DNA of 64,000 nucleotides from Bacteroidales bacterium (GCA_017960885.1 JAGCYI010000176.1:27047-91046), one strand, 5' to 3'. Positions 1-9,798 are shown, counted from the first letter of the stretch. Notes: a model not told the origin generated them from the letters alone. A program made the numbers and translations.

Positions 1-89
1 TCAATATAGTGAGCATAAACAATTTTTTTCGCAAAAGTAGAAAAATTTATTATTTCGGCAAAAATGGCGGGACAAACAATTTTTACCAT

Positions 90-97
90 TATCTTTG
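90..97 (+). promoter_or_regulatory. candidate Bacteroidetes -7 box (TAtcTTTG) ahead of the upxY-like gene
   Basis: The sequence tatctttg matches TAnnTTTG. No convincing TTTG -33 element lies at the expected spacing. If this box is real, it favours the GTG at 122 as the start codon. Confidence 0.25.
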
Positions 98-667
98 CTC
101 CGTAAATCAAAAACAATTATTGTGGACAGGAAAGATATCTTTTGGTTTCCGATGCGGGTAACATACAATCGCGAGATTAAGGTAAAAGAGAATCTCGATT
201 CGCTCGGTATTGAGAATTTTGTGCCTATGAAACAGCAATTTACAGTTCATTGCGGGCACAAGCGATTGGAAACTATTCCAGCCATAAATAATCTTTTGTT
301 CGTCCATTCGTCGCGAGAGATACTCACCAACCTTAAAATGACTGAGGAGGAGTTTTCACCTTTGCGCTATATGATGACACGTCCCCTTCAAAAAAATGCC
401 CGCCCAGAGATAATAACCATACCCGACCGCTCGATGGAAAATTTTATTCGCGCTGCCTCTCATACCGACGGTTCGTTGATATATCTCGACTATGGGTGCG
501 TGGCTGATAAAATAGGGCGACGGGTAGTGGTTTGCGATGGCCCTTTTGCTGGGGTTGAGGGTGTTGTACTTCGTATTGACAATAATAAGCGGGTGGTTAT
601 TAAACTAGAAAACGTGGTGGCTGTGGCAATAGCATTTGTCCCTCCTGCTTTTTTGAAGTTTTTGTAG
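95..667 (+). CDS. UpxY-family (NusG-like) capsule-operon transcription antiterminator
   Basis: The 190-aa ORF opens with WFPMRVTYNREIKVKENLDSLGIENFVPM (NusG-N/UpxY-like). It has a KOW-like GRRVVVCDGPFAGVEGVV near the C-terminus. It heads a 24-kb same-strand glycan operon. The start is uncertain (TTG 95 or GTG 122). Confidence 0.8.
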   Translation: MLRKSKTIIVDRKDIFWFPMRVTYNREIKVKENLDSLGIENFVPMKQQFTVHCGHKRLETIPAINNLLFVHSSREILTNLKMTEEEFSPLRYMMTRPLQKNARPEIITIPDRSMENFIRAASHTDGSLIYLDYGCVADKIGRRVVVCDGPFAGVEGVVLRIDNNKRVVIKLENVVAVAIAFVPPAFLKFL

Positions 668-984
668 CCTATGCTATCTCTTGTCAATCTTGTTTTTAGC
701 GCCTCCTCGTATAACAAAAATATTGAATCTGATATTTTTGGGTATTAATAAATAGCTTTTGTTAATAATTATTCGTAAATTTGCCACGCCTTTTGTAGTT
801 TTTGCGAAAGGTCTGACATATATATAGTCATTAACAATTTGTTGGATATCAATAAAATAATGATTATAACCAAGGGGCAGTTGTGTCTCAGACTTCTTAA
901 TTTTAAGGGGTGTCCCTCTCCTTTGTGCTTTTTCTAACCAAGAATCATTTTGTTGTGGAAAGTTATAAAGCATTGTGCCTATTG

Positions 985-1524
985 ATGCTGATGAGGCTAA
1001 AGACCGAACTTGATCCGTTTGACAAGCTGCGACTTCACAAGGCTGCCATAATGCTGGAGGTTTTTAGTAGTCGTAATTGTTTTAATATTTCAGATAGTTA
1101 TAGTGTTTACTATCAGGTTGTTAATCAATTTTCTGAGGAAATCAGGAACTTTCAAACACAATGCAACACCAACACACCTCAGGCATTGGAAAAATTGCTT
1201 TCCACTGTTGACCCCAAAGTTGACGAGTCGTACAAGCGAAGCACACCTTATTTATTACAAAGCGCAGAATTTGTAAATTCTATATCTGACAACACCACCC
1301 TTACAACCGTATCTGCATTGATTGGTATTATCCGAAATTGTGATCACTCTACTATCAACACTATTGCTCCAATCTTAAAAAACTCTGGCTATTCCATTTC
1401 TAACAAAGATATTTTAACATCGTTAATCAATCTCGAAAAATCTGGGGTGATAATAAAAGAAGATGAAGGGTATCAGTTGTCTAGAAATTATAAGGGTGTG
1501 GGCAGATATATCAAGCTGATGTAG
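985..1524 (+). CDS. hypothetical protein in the position normally held by UpxZ (trans-locus inhibitor)
   Basis: The ORF 910..1524 contains an in-frame ATG at 985. The call rests only on gene order, directly after upxY. No motif was recognised. Confidence 0.35.
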   Translation: MLMRLKTELDPFDKLRLHKAAIMLEVFSSRNCFNISDSYSVYYQVVNQFSEEIRNFQTQCNTNTPQALEKLLSTVDPKVDESYKRSTPYLLQSAEFVNSISDNTTLTTVSALIGIIRNCDHSTINTIAPILKNSGYSISNKDILTSLINLEKSGVIIKEDEGYQLSRNYKGVGRYIKLM

Positions 1525-1536
1525 ATTTTGATTAAA

Positions 1537-2286
1537 ATGAAAATACTTAACATTCTTTCTGTATGTTTGATCCTATTGGTATATTCAGTAGTATCATCTT
1601 GTGATTCAACCCCGTTTGCCGACAAAGATTTTGAAGTTAACGGAGTGAAATTCCGTATGATAGCCGTAGAAGGCGGATCATACATGATGGGTGCCACTCC
1701 CGGACAAGGCGAAGATGCCCGTGAAAACGAAAAACCTGCTCACAAGGTAACAGTTGACGATTTCTATATTGGAGAAACCGAGGTAACACAAGAGTTGTGG
1801 TTTGCTGTGATGGGGAATAATCCAAGTTTAAATCCCAGTGATCAAGGAAATTATCCAGTGGAGAATGTTTCCTGGAAGAATGTTCAAGTGTTTATTACGA
1901 AGTTAAATGATATTACTGGTCAGCAATTTCGACTTCCTTTTGAGGAAGAATGGGAGTATGCTGCCAGAGGTGGCAAAAACACAACAGACAAAAAATATGC
2001 GGGTAGTGATGATATTGGGGAAGTAGCGTGGTACAATGAAAATTCAAATGATAAAACACACGCTGTAGCTTCAAAGAAGGCTAATGAATTAGGTATTTAT
2101 GATATGAGTGGAAACGTGTGGGAATTTTGTGAATTGTCAAGTGATGTAAGTATTTGCAATATTAGAGGAGGTTCGGTTGGTAACAAGGCACAATTTCTAC
2201 GCACCTCTTCTCGATATCATCTGCAAACAAAAGTTAAGAATTATTCAGTTGGTTTTCGACTTATTTTAGATATATTGAATAATTAG
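1537..2286 (+). CDS. FGE/SUMF1-domain lipoprotein lacking the catalytic Cys pair
   Basis: Signal peptide plus lipobox: MKILNILSVCLILLVYSVVSSC. FGE-sulfatase fold motifs: GSYMMGA, EKPAHKVTVDDFYIGETEVTQELW, NVSWKNV, GIYDMSGNVWEF, RGGS. The C-terminal RGGSVGNKAQFLRTSSRYH has no Cys residues. The ATG at 1537 is preferred over the TTG at 1528. Confidence 0.75.
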   Translation: MKILNILSVCLILLVYSVVSSCDSTPFADKDFEVNGVKFRMIAVEGGSYMMGATPGQGEDARENEKPAHKVTVDDFYIGETEVTQELWFAVMGNNPSLNPSDQGNYPVENVSWKNVQVFITKLNDITGQQFRLPFEEEWEYAARGGKNTTDKKYAGSDDIGEVAWYNENSNDKTHAVASKKANELGIYDMSGNVWEFCELSSDVSICNIRGGSVGNKAQFLRTSSRYHLQTKVKNYSVGFRLILDILNN

Positions 2287-2294
2287 TTTCTCTA

Positions 2295-3443
2295 ATGAAT
2301 CAAATATTGATTACGGCCACTGTCCCTTCAATGATAGGACAGTTCAATATGGATAATATCGACATTCTTCAGAGTATGGGATGTCAAGTTCATATTGCAT
2401 GTAATTTTAAAGATACCAGCATTTGGCCAACGGAACGTATTGATATGTTTATTAAAAAGTTGGAAGCTAAAAATATAGTCTGCCATCAAATAGATTTTCC
2501 TAGAAATCCTCGTTTTTTATTTAAGGTAATAAAATCAAGCCGTCAATTGAATAATCTGTTGATTACTAATTCTTTTAAATTAATTCATTGCCATACCCCA
2601 TTGGCTGGATGTATATCAAGAATTGTGGCTCACAGACATAAAGTTAAGGTAATATATACGGCTCATGGCTTTCATTTTTATGATGGTGCTCCATTGTTAA
2701 ATTGGTTATTATATTATCCTGTTGAGAAGTTTTTGAGTAGGTGGACTGATATATTGATAACCATTACAAAAGAAGATTTTTCTAGGGCTGTCAATAAATT
2801 TCATGCTCAAAGAGTGGAGTATATATCAGGTGTTGGAATTGATGTAAATCAATTTGTTGTCAACGATATTGGTCGTAATCAAATCCGTGATGGCTTTGGG
2901 TTGCACGACGACGATATTTTATTACTGTCAGTTGGAGGTTTGGACGATAATAAAAACCATAAAGTGGTGTTAAATGCGCTAAAATTATTGAATAATAATA
3001 AATTATATTATTATATTGCTGGAATAGGTCCGTTAAAAGATTATTTGCTAGGTTTGATAAACGAATATGGTATAGCGAATCAAGCCAAGTTGCTTGGGTA
3101 TAGAAGTGATATTCCACAATTGTTAAATGCCGCAGATATATTTATTTTACCTTCAAAACGAGAAGGATTGAATGTGTCCTTAATGGAAGCTATGGCAAGT
3201 GGTCTGCCATGTATCTGTGGAAGAATACGAGGAAATGTGGATCTCATTGAGCAACCTAATGGTGGATTGCTTGTAAATCCTTCAAATGTGGGAGAATATG
3301 TTGAAAGTATTAATCATTTGATTGATAATAAATCGTTCTCCAAAATGGGAGAATTTAATCGCAATTTTATACAAAATTTTGATATTAAGGTGGTTAGAGA
3401 AAAAATGATTGCTATCTATAAATCAATTATTCCTCAAAATTGA
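2295..3443 (+). CDS. glycosyltransferase family 4 (GT-B)
   Basis: The C-terminal EGLNVSLMEAMASGLPCICG motif (E-x7-E type) is typical of GT4. The length is 382 aa. Confidence 0.8.
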   Translation: MNQILITATVPSMIGQFNMDNIDILQSMGCQVHIACNFKDTSIWPTERIDMFIKKLEAKNIVCHQIDFPRNPRFLFKVIKSSRQLNNLLITNSFKLIHCHTPLAGCISRIVAHRHKVKVIYTAHGFHFYDGAPLLNWLLYYPVEKFLSRWTDILITITKEDFSRAVNKFHAQRVEYISGVGIDVNQFVVNDIGRNQIRDGFGLHDDDILLLSVGGLDDNKNHKVVLNALKLLNNNKLYYYIAGIGPLKDYLLGLINEYGIANQAKLLGYRSDIPQLLNAADIFILPSKREGLNVSLMEAMASGLPCICGRIRGNVDLIEQPNGGLLVNPSNVGEYVESINHLIDNKSFSKMGEFNRNFIQNFDIKVVREKMIAIYKSIIPQN

Positions 3444-3472
3444 TTTATAATTACAATTTAATGTTTTTATAA

Positions 3473-4174
3473 ATGAATATAGCTGTTATTTTTGCAGGAG
3501 GTTCTGGACAACGTATGAACCTAGCTACAAAGCCAAAACAATTTTTGGAAGTGCATGGCAAGCCTATTATTATTTACACTTTAGAGCAATTTCAATATTG
3601 TGATCAAATAGATTCCATTGTTCTCGTTAGCCTAAAAGATTGGATTGGTTATTGTAAAGAATTGGCTGATTGTTATAATATTTCAAAACTTAGTGCAATT
3701 GTTGAAGGTGGCGTTACGGGGCAAGAGTCTATTTATCATGGGTTAAGTAAAGCTAAAGAATTGTTTGGCGATGATAATATTGTTTTAATTCATGATGGAG
3801 TTCGCCCTTTAATTGACACTGAAACAATTATAAGAAATATTGCTATGGTTAAGCAAAAACGTTGCGCAATAACAATAGCTCCTGCCATTGAAACGATTTT
3901 TCTAAAGGAGAACGATGGCTCTGTCGGTACTATTATTGATCGTTCTAAATGTCAATTGGCGCGAGCGCCACAAAGTTTTGTTTTGAAAGATATTTTTGAA
4001 GCTCATAACCGAGCTATTAATGATCAGATAGAGTTTATTGATTCTGCAAGTATGATGCAGCATTATGGATATAAATTGTTTTGCGTAGAGGGCAAACCAG
4101 ATAATATCAAAATTACTACATTGCGTGATTACTACTTATTTAAGGCTTTTTTAGAGGCAAATAATCAATTGTAA
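3473..4174 (+). CDS. IspD/TarI-like cytidylyltransferase (candidate ribitol-5-phosphate cytidylyltransferase)
   Basis: The N-terminus AVIFAGGSGQRMNLATKPKQFLEVHGKPIIIYTLE is the IspD/TarI signature. HDGVRP is also present. Confidence 0.75.
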   Translation: MNIAVIFAGGSGQRMNLATKPKQFLEVHGKPIIIYTLEQFQYCDQIDSIVLVSLKDWIGYCKELADCYNISKLSAIVEGGVTGQESIYHGLSKAKELFGDDNIVLIHDGVRPLIDTETIIRNIAMVKQKRCAITIAPAIETIFLKENDGSVGTIIDRSKCQLARAPQSFVLKDIFEAHNRAINDQIEFIDSASMMQHYGYKLFCVEGKPDNIKITTLRDYYLFKAFLEANNQL

Positions 4175-4186
4175 AACTGCTTTGTT

Positions 4187-5245
4187 ATGTGGATAGATAT
4201 TCCAATTTATAAAGAAGATATGGATTATATCCTAAATGTGCCCTTTATTCAATGGAGCGATTTCAAAAATACAAACATATTGATTACAGGAGGTACAGGA
4301 CATATTGGCTCTAATATAATCAATGCTTTATTGTATGTTGATTTGAAGTTGAATTTAAATATAAACATCTATGCGGTTGTTAGAAATCTTGACAAAGCAC
4401 AACGAATGTTTCAAAAGCAATTAGATGTTTCTTCTTCTTTGCATTTTTATGAAGGTTCTGTACAACATCCTATTTCTATTTCAAAACCAATTGATTATGT
4501 AATTCATTGTGCCTCACCCACAGCAAGTCTTGAAATTAACAGCCAGCCTTTGCAAGTGATTTATTCAGGCGTTATAGGCATGGTCAATTTGATTGAAATG
4601 GTTAAGAATACTGGGTGCAAAGGTTTTGTGTATTTGTCTAGTATGGAAGCTTATGGCGAGATTACATCAGAACACTCTCTAAAAGAACATATGTTGGGTT
4701 ATCTCGATTTACAAAATGTTAGAAATTCGTATCCTGAAACAAAGCGTATGTGCGAAATGTTGGTAAAATCAGCCTTTGCTGAATATAATTTACCCGCTAA
4801 GTCTATTCGATTGGCACAAACATTCGGTCCCGGGATTGCTAAAAACGATAGTAGAGTGTTTGCTATGATGGCACGATGTGTTATAAATGGAGATAATATT
4901 ATTCTGAAAACCTCTGGAACTAGTAAACATCCTTATCTGTATACTTCTCAGGCAGTTACTGCTATTATCAGTGTGCTTCGCTATGGTGAGAATGGAAAAG
5001 TGTATAATGCTGCAAATCCGAATACATACTGTTCTATTCAAGAGATGGCTCAATTTGTTTGTTCTGAAATTGCTCATTCTAATATATCAGTTGAATTTGA
5101 TCTTAATTCAGATATTTCCATTTATCCAAAACCCAGTTTTTTGAATATGGATGTTTCTGCATTGTGCTCGTTGGGATGGACATATTCTGGTACTCTAAAA
5201 GATATGTACGAGAGAATGATTTCTTGTATGCAATACGATAATTAA
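4187..5245 (+). CDS. extended SDR, NAD(P)-dependent epimerase/dehydratase/reductase family
   Basis: Rossmann motif ILITGGTGHIGSNI and catalytic YPETK (YxxxK). The gene lies directly after the IspD-like gene, the same pairing seen in fused CDP-ribitol synthases (Bcs1 type). Confidence 0.7.
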   Translation: MWIDIPIYKEDMDYILNVPFIQWSDFKNTNILITGGTGHIGSNIINALLYVDLKLNLNINIYAVVRNLDKAQRMFQKQLDVSSSLHFYEGSVQHPISISKPIDYVIHCASPTASLEINSQPLQVIYSGVIGMVNLIEMVKNTGCKGFVYLSSMEAYGEITSEHSLKEHMLGYLDLQNVRNSYPETKRMCEMLVKSAFAEYNLPAKSIRLAQTFGPGIAKNDSRVFAMMARCVINGDNIILKTSGTSKHPYLYTSQAVTAIISVLRYGENGKVYNAANPNTYCSIQEMAQFVCSEIAHSNISVEFDLNSDISIYPKPSFLNMDVSALCSLGWTYSGTLKDMYERMISCMQYDN

Positions 5246-5246
5246 A

Positions 5247-6161
5247 ATGAGTTTATTTAGTTTAAAATCTGCACTTAATTCTAATACAAACCCTAATGAG
5301 TTTGTGTTGTCTGACGAACTTATTCGTAAATTGCATGTCTTTTTATTGGATATGTTAGAAGATATAGTAAAGGTGCTTGAAAAACATCATCTTCGTTATT
5401 TTGTTGGAGGTGGTAGCTGTTTGGGAGCTATAAGGCATAAAGGTTTTATACCATGGGATGATGATTTGGATATTAATATGCCACGCGAAGATTATGATAA
5501 GTTCGCTTCTGTTTTTGAAACAGAACTAGGCGATAAATATGAGTTGAATGCGCCTAATTATAGTAGTGAAGTAATAAGTAGGTTCCCTAAGGTATTGGCT
5601 AAGAATACACGATATGCTGCTGCGGCATGGAATACTAAACCGCAGTTTGAAAAGGTTTTCATTGATATTTTCACAATGGAAAATGTTCCAGATAATAAGA
5701 TATCTCGCTTTTTTAAGGGCTGTTTCGTTAATTTTTTAGAATTTGTTGCCGGACAGGTTCTTTTATATGATTCTTTTAAGCACAATGATTCATCTATAGT
5801 GAAGAAAAAAATAGGGAAACTTAATTATGGAGTTAGATACCTTATCGGATTGTTGTTCTCTTTACGAGGTTATTCTAAATGGTGCAATTGTATAGATAAA
5901 TCGATTCGATATGAGAATAATAAATCGTTTTATGTGTGCTTTCCAACAGGTAGAAATCATTATTTTGGTGAAATTTTACCTCGTTCAATATTTTTTCCGT
6001 TGAAATCAGTACCTTTTGAAAATAGTTCTGTGTTGGTTCCTTGTCAGTTTCATAACTATTTGAAAAATTTGTACGGAGAAAATTATATGGAATTACCGCC
6101 ACCAGAAAAGCGAGAAAAACATTTTGTATCAATTATTGATTTGCCACAAGCAAATAATTAG
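5247..6161 (+). CDS. LicD-family phosphotransferase
   Basis: RYFVGGGSCLGAIRHKGFIPWDDDLDINMPREDYDKF matches the LicD nucleotidyltransferase-fold core, including the DxD. Confidence 0.8.
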   Translation: MSLFSLKSALNSNTNPNEFVLSDELIRKLHVFLLDMLEDIVKVLEKHHLRYFVGGGSCLGAIRHKGFIPWDDDLDINMPREDYDKFASVFETELGDKYELNAPNYSSEVISRFPKVLAKNTRYAAAAWNTKPQFEKVFIDIFTMENVPDNKISRFFKGCFVNFLEFVAGQVLLYDSFKHNDSSIVKKKIGKLNYGVRYLIGLLFSLRGYSKWCNCIDKSIRYENNKSFYVCFPTGRNHYFGEILPRSIFFPLKSVPFENSSVLVPCQFHNYLKNLYGENYMELPPPEKREKHFVSIIDLPQANN

Positions 6162-6184
6162 TGTGATAAGTTTTTTAATAGTAA

Positions 6185-7339
6185 ATGTCAATGAAATTGC
6201 GTAGAAGGTATATTTTTGGTATTATTTGCAATTTTTTTGTATTGCTATATTTGTTCTTGAATTTTGTAATTAGAGTTTTTGATAATTCTATTATTAGTCT
6301 TCGTCTATGTCTATTTTCTCTGCTTGTTTCTTGTGTGTGCTCATTTTTTTGTTATTCAAAAAAGAATTATTTATGCTTTTTGTATATTTTATTATTTATC
6401 GTTTCATGGTTTATAGAATTGATATTCAAGCCAGAATGGCAATATAGTTTCGACTATTTTGTTTATTCTGTGTCTTATATGTTGGTGGCTATGTTTTTAG
6501 TTCAGTGGAGTCAACAAGTATTTGCCTTGCGGGTGTTGTTTATTTTCGTGATGGTAAGTATTCTTGTGAAATTATTGTTGTTTGATACTCCTATACGAGA
6601 GTTTATGTTAGACGAGTCGTCTTATAATTTTATTAGTGTTTTAGCTTTGCTATATTTTGGATTGTATTGTCTTACGCTAATCAAAAATAATAAACCTCTT
6701 TCATTAAAAGATGGTTTTTTGTTTCTCGTTGTATGTTGCTTGGCTTACGGACGAGGTGGTATTATTTCGGCATTGTGTTTTTTAGGTCTCCTCTTAGTAT
6801 ATAAATTTTATAACGCACGGATAAGCGCCAATAAAAAAGTGTTAATTGGTTTTCTCGTGCTGTTGTCCATTATATTTTTTCATAGTCTGTTGCTTGATCG
6901 TTTAAGCGATTACGAAATATTTGGCAAGTTTAAGAAAATGGGGATGGAGAGTAACGGACGAGCTGATATTTGGCTTAAATTTATCAACAATTCATTTTCA
7001 AGTTTTAAAGATTTTATATTGGGTGCCAATCCAGCAAAAATATTTACCGAAGGTAACTTACATAATTCTTATTTGCAAATGTATGCCAATTTTGGTTTCG
7101 TTTTTTTTATTTCAAATGTATTTATTACTATTTTAATTCTTATCTATTATTCGCGAAAAAGAAGTAGAAATATTTGGCTTTTGATACTTTTTGTTACTTT
7201 TATTGTCAGGGCCTTGTTGGATAGAGTTTGTTTTAGGGGTCATTGCGAAATCCTATATTTTTATTTTATTTTTAATTTCTTTATTGATATATCAACAAAA
7301 AATAAAGTTGTTGATTGTAAATTATACAAATCATTGTAA
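6185..7339 (+). CDS. wzy: Wzy-like O-antigen/capsule polymerase (polytopic membrane protein)
   Basis: A 384-aa, very hydrophobic multi-helix protein with a larger loop around GMESNGRADIWLKF. It sits between glycosyltransferases and is very AT-rich. Confidence 0.55.
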   Translation: MSMKLRRRYIFGIICNFFVLLYLFLNFVIRVFDNSIISLRLCLFSLLVSCVCSFFCYSKKNYLCFLYILLFIVSWFIELIFKPEWQYSFDYFVYSVSYMLVAMFLVQWSQQVFALRVLFIFVMVSILVKLLLFDTPIREFMLDESSYNFISVLALLYFGLYCLTLIKNNKPLSLKDGFLFLVVCCLAYGRGGIISALCFLGLLLVYKFYNARISANKKVLIGFLVLLSIIFFHSLLLDRLSDYEIFGKFKKMGMESNGRADIWLKFINNSFSSFKDFILGANPAKIFTEGNLHNSYLQMYANFGFVFFISNVFITILILIYYSRKRSRNIWLLILFVTFIVRALLDRVCFRGHCEILYFYFIFNFFIDISTKNKVVDCKLYKSL

Positions 7340-7357
7340 AACTAGCATTGGTATCTT

Positions 7358-8485
7358 ATGTCATTAAAAGCACAAATATGTTATGTATGTACAACACCAT
7401 TTCAGATTATGAATGCTGTTTCTATGTGCGTTACCAATAAAGAGGTTGCCGATTTGTATATTGTTCCTCAATTTGCAGGAGCTGAATCCTATTTTAACAG
7501 AATTAAGGCGTTGAATGTGTTCCAAGTTGTGTCATTAATTAATGATGATTTTGTTCCTTATAAACGATTTTCGAATAAGATTCTCATTCATTTGTTATTA
7601 TTCTGGATTTATTTGAGAATTAAGAAGTTTGTTAAACCTATTTTGGTGCCTGATTCTGAATATAAAAGTATATTTATTTCATCAAAAGCATTAATAGGAA
7701 GATTAATATGTCTTTATCATATTCGTGCTAAATGTAATTCATCGTTTTTTTATTTTGATGATGGAGAAGGTAGTTATGATAATCCTAACTTATATTTGCC
7801 TCGTTTTTGGGATTCTTTTTTGAGAAAGCTCTTTTTCGGTAAAAGAGGTGTTGTATTAAGCCAAACAATGTATTTGTATTCGCCTGAATTACATAGTATT
7901 ATTAATCCATCCAGTACTTTAACTATTCATAAAATATCACCTTGGATTAACAATGATTATGTATTAAATATCATAAATTTTATTGCTGACTTTGATTCTC
8001 AAAAGCGAATTTCTGAAAATGTTATTTTGATAGATTCCATTGCAGATGAAACATTTGACTCAGAAAATTGTAAGTTATATAAACGAATGTGCCTAAAAGT
8101 TAATGAATTTTTTGGGAATGATATTATTTATAAAAAACATCCGCGAGATAAAACAACTTATGATGGTGCTAACATTAAAATTTATGAGTATTCGTCAATC
8201 CCATTTGAAGTTCTTTGTGCTAATATAGATATTTCCAACAAAGTGCTAATTGTGGCTGCTTCTACGGCTGTTTGCACTCCAAAGGTTTTGTTTAACGCTG
8301 AACCTTATGTTGTTTTGATGTATAAGTTTGTGAAATGTAATCAGCTTGCTGTTAAACAGGACGATTATTATCAGTCAATTAAGAATACATATAAGGATAA
8401 AAGTAGATTTTTAATTCCTGAATCAGAGCAAGATTTTGTAGATTGCTTGACTCGAATTAGAGCTGATATTTATGGTAAAGGATAA
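7358..8485 (+). CDS. GT52-like glycosyltransferase (candidate sialyl/Kdn-transferase)
   Basis: The N-terminus ICYVCTTPFQIMNAV resembles the GT52 opening. An FDDGEGS (D-D-G) motif lies at aa 134-136, ILIDSIADE follows, and KKHPRD (H-P) lies at aa 261-262. The spacing resembles the Neisseria Lst as recalled. Confidence 0.55.
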   Translation: MSLKAQICYVCTTPFQIMNAVSMCVTNKEVADLYIVPQFAGAESYFNRIKALNVFQVVSLINDDFVPYKRFSNKILIHLLLFWIYLRIKKFVKPILVPDSEYKSIFISSKALIGRLICLYHIRAKCNSSFFYFDDGEGSYDNPNLYLPRFWDSFLRKLFFGKRGVVLSQTMYLYSPELHSIINPSSTLTIHKISPWINNDYVLNIINFIADFDSQKRISENVILIDSIADETFDSENCKLYKRMCLKVNEFFGNDIIYKKHPRDKTTYDGANIKIYEYSSIPFEVLCANIDISNKVLIVAASTAVCTPKVLFNAEPYVVLMYKFVKCNQLAVKQDDYYQSIKNTYKDKSRFLIPESEQDFVDCLTRIRADIYGKG

Positions 8486-8575
8486 CTTATCATATAATTG
8501 CTATGGGGTCCTTGTTGAGCTAAGGTACCATTGTTACTGATTTTAATAAAAACTCTTTTTTCTTCATTTTTATCA

Positions 8576-9184
8576 ATGTATAAACATTTTGCCAAACGTA
8601 TATTGGATTTTTTGTTTTCTTTAATGTCTATATTGTTGATAGGTTGGATTATAGGCATTGTAGCATTATGGCTTCATTTCGCCAACAAAGGGGCGGGTGC
8701 TTTTTTCCTTCAATCTCGTCCTGGGAAAAATGGTAAAATATTTAAGGTCATCAAATTTAAAACTATGACCGACGAAAAAGATGAAAATGGCAATCTTTTG
8801 CCCGATGAAAAACGTCTTACAAAAATAGGGAAATTTATCCGATCAACATCAATTGATGAGCTACCTCAGATAATAAACGTTTTGAAAGGAGATATGTCGT
8901 TGATAGGCCCGCGACCATTATTAGTACAATATCTACCTTTATATACTAAGGAACAAGCACGAAGGCATGAAGTTCGACCTGGAATTACAGGCTGGGCTCA
9001 GTGTCATGGTCGTAATGCTATTTCATGGACACAAAAATTTGAATTGGATGTTTGGTATGTCGACAATATTTCCTTTATTGTGGATATTAAAATATTTTTT
9101 CTGACGATAAAAAAAGTTTTCATGCGTGAAGGTATTTCTCAGGAGGGAAATGCCACAATGGAATTTTTTAACGGACATAATTAG
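8576..9184 (+). CDS. small monotopic phosphoglycosyl transferase (PglC/WcfS-like bacterial sugar transferase)
   Basis: Motifs [40 protein letters not shown] and GITGWAQ. The ATG at 8576 is preferred over the TTG at 8531. Confidence 0.85.
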   Translation: MYKHFAKRILDFLFSLMSILLIGWIIGIVALWLHFANKGAGAFFLQSRPGKNGKIFKVIKFKTMTDEKDENGNLLPDEKRLTKIGKFIRSTSIDELPQIINVLKGDMSLIGPRPLLVQYLPLYTKEQARRHEVRPGITGWAQCHGRNAISWTQKFELDVWYVDNISFIVDIKIFFLTIKKVFMREGISQEGNATMEFFNGHN

Positions 9185-9187
9185 GAT

Positions 9188-9772
9188 ATGTATTTATATG
9201 GTGCAAGTGGTCATGCAAAAGTGATTATAGATATTCTGTTGGCATGTGGTATTTCTATTGATGGGTTGATTGATGATAATCCAAACATCAATTCTTTATT
9301 AACCTATCCAGTATATCATAATAAGTTAGATTTGTCTCCTATTATTGTTAGTGTTGGGAATAATTATGTTCGCAAATCTATTGTGGAAAAACTATTCGGA
9401 GAATTTGGTAAGGCTATTCATCCCTCTGCAATTGTCTCTCCTAATGCCTTTATCGATATAGGAACAGTTGTAATGCCAGGGGCTATTGTTAATTCTGGAA
9501 CCTCGATTGGAAAGCATTGTATTTTAAATACTGGTGTTTCTATCGACCATGAATGTGTTGTTGAAGATTATGTACACATTTCACCTCATGCTACTTTATG
9601 TGGCAATGTCAAGGTCGGAGAGGGTTCTTGGATAGGTGCAGGGGCTGTTGTTATTCAGGGTGTTGAAATAGGCAAGTGGAGTCAAATTGGTGCTGGTTCG
9701 GTGGTAACAAAAAATATCCCCGACAATGTACTCGCTTATGGTAATAATTGCAAGATAATCAAAAAGATATAA
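9188..9772 (+). CDS. PglD/NeuD-family sugar N-acetyltransferase (left-handed beta-helix)
   Basis: N-terminal Rossmann-like LYGASGHAKVIIDIL followed by hexapeptide repeats (GKHCILNTGVSIDHECVVEDYVHISPHATLCGNVKVGEGSWIGAGAVV). Confidence 0.8.
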   Translation: MYLYGASGHAKVIIDILLACGISIDGLIDDNPNINSLLTYPVYHNKLDLSPIIVSVGNNYVRKSIVEKLFGEFGKAIHPSAIVSPNAFIDIGTVVMPGAIVNSGTSIGKHCILNTGVSIDHECVVEDYVHISPHATLCGNVKVGEGSWIGAGAVVIQGVEIGKWSQIGAGSVVTKNIPDNVLAYGNNCKIIKKI

Positions 9773-9798
9773 TAGCTATCCTTCCTACGTATAAAGCA

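Noticed and set aside
1-94. Invertible (phase-variable) promoter upstream of the upxY-like gene
   Set aside because: Only 94 bp of upstream sequence are in the window and no inverted-repeat pair is visible. This cannot be assessed.
674-973. 99-aa minus-strand ORF in the gap after the upxY-like gene
   Set aside because: It is AT-rich and opposite in direction to the whole operon, with no motif or promoter. The gap is more likely a non-coding leader or UpxZ-slot upstream region.
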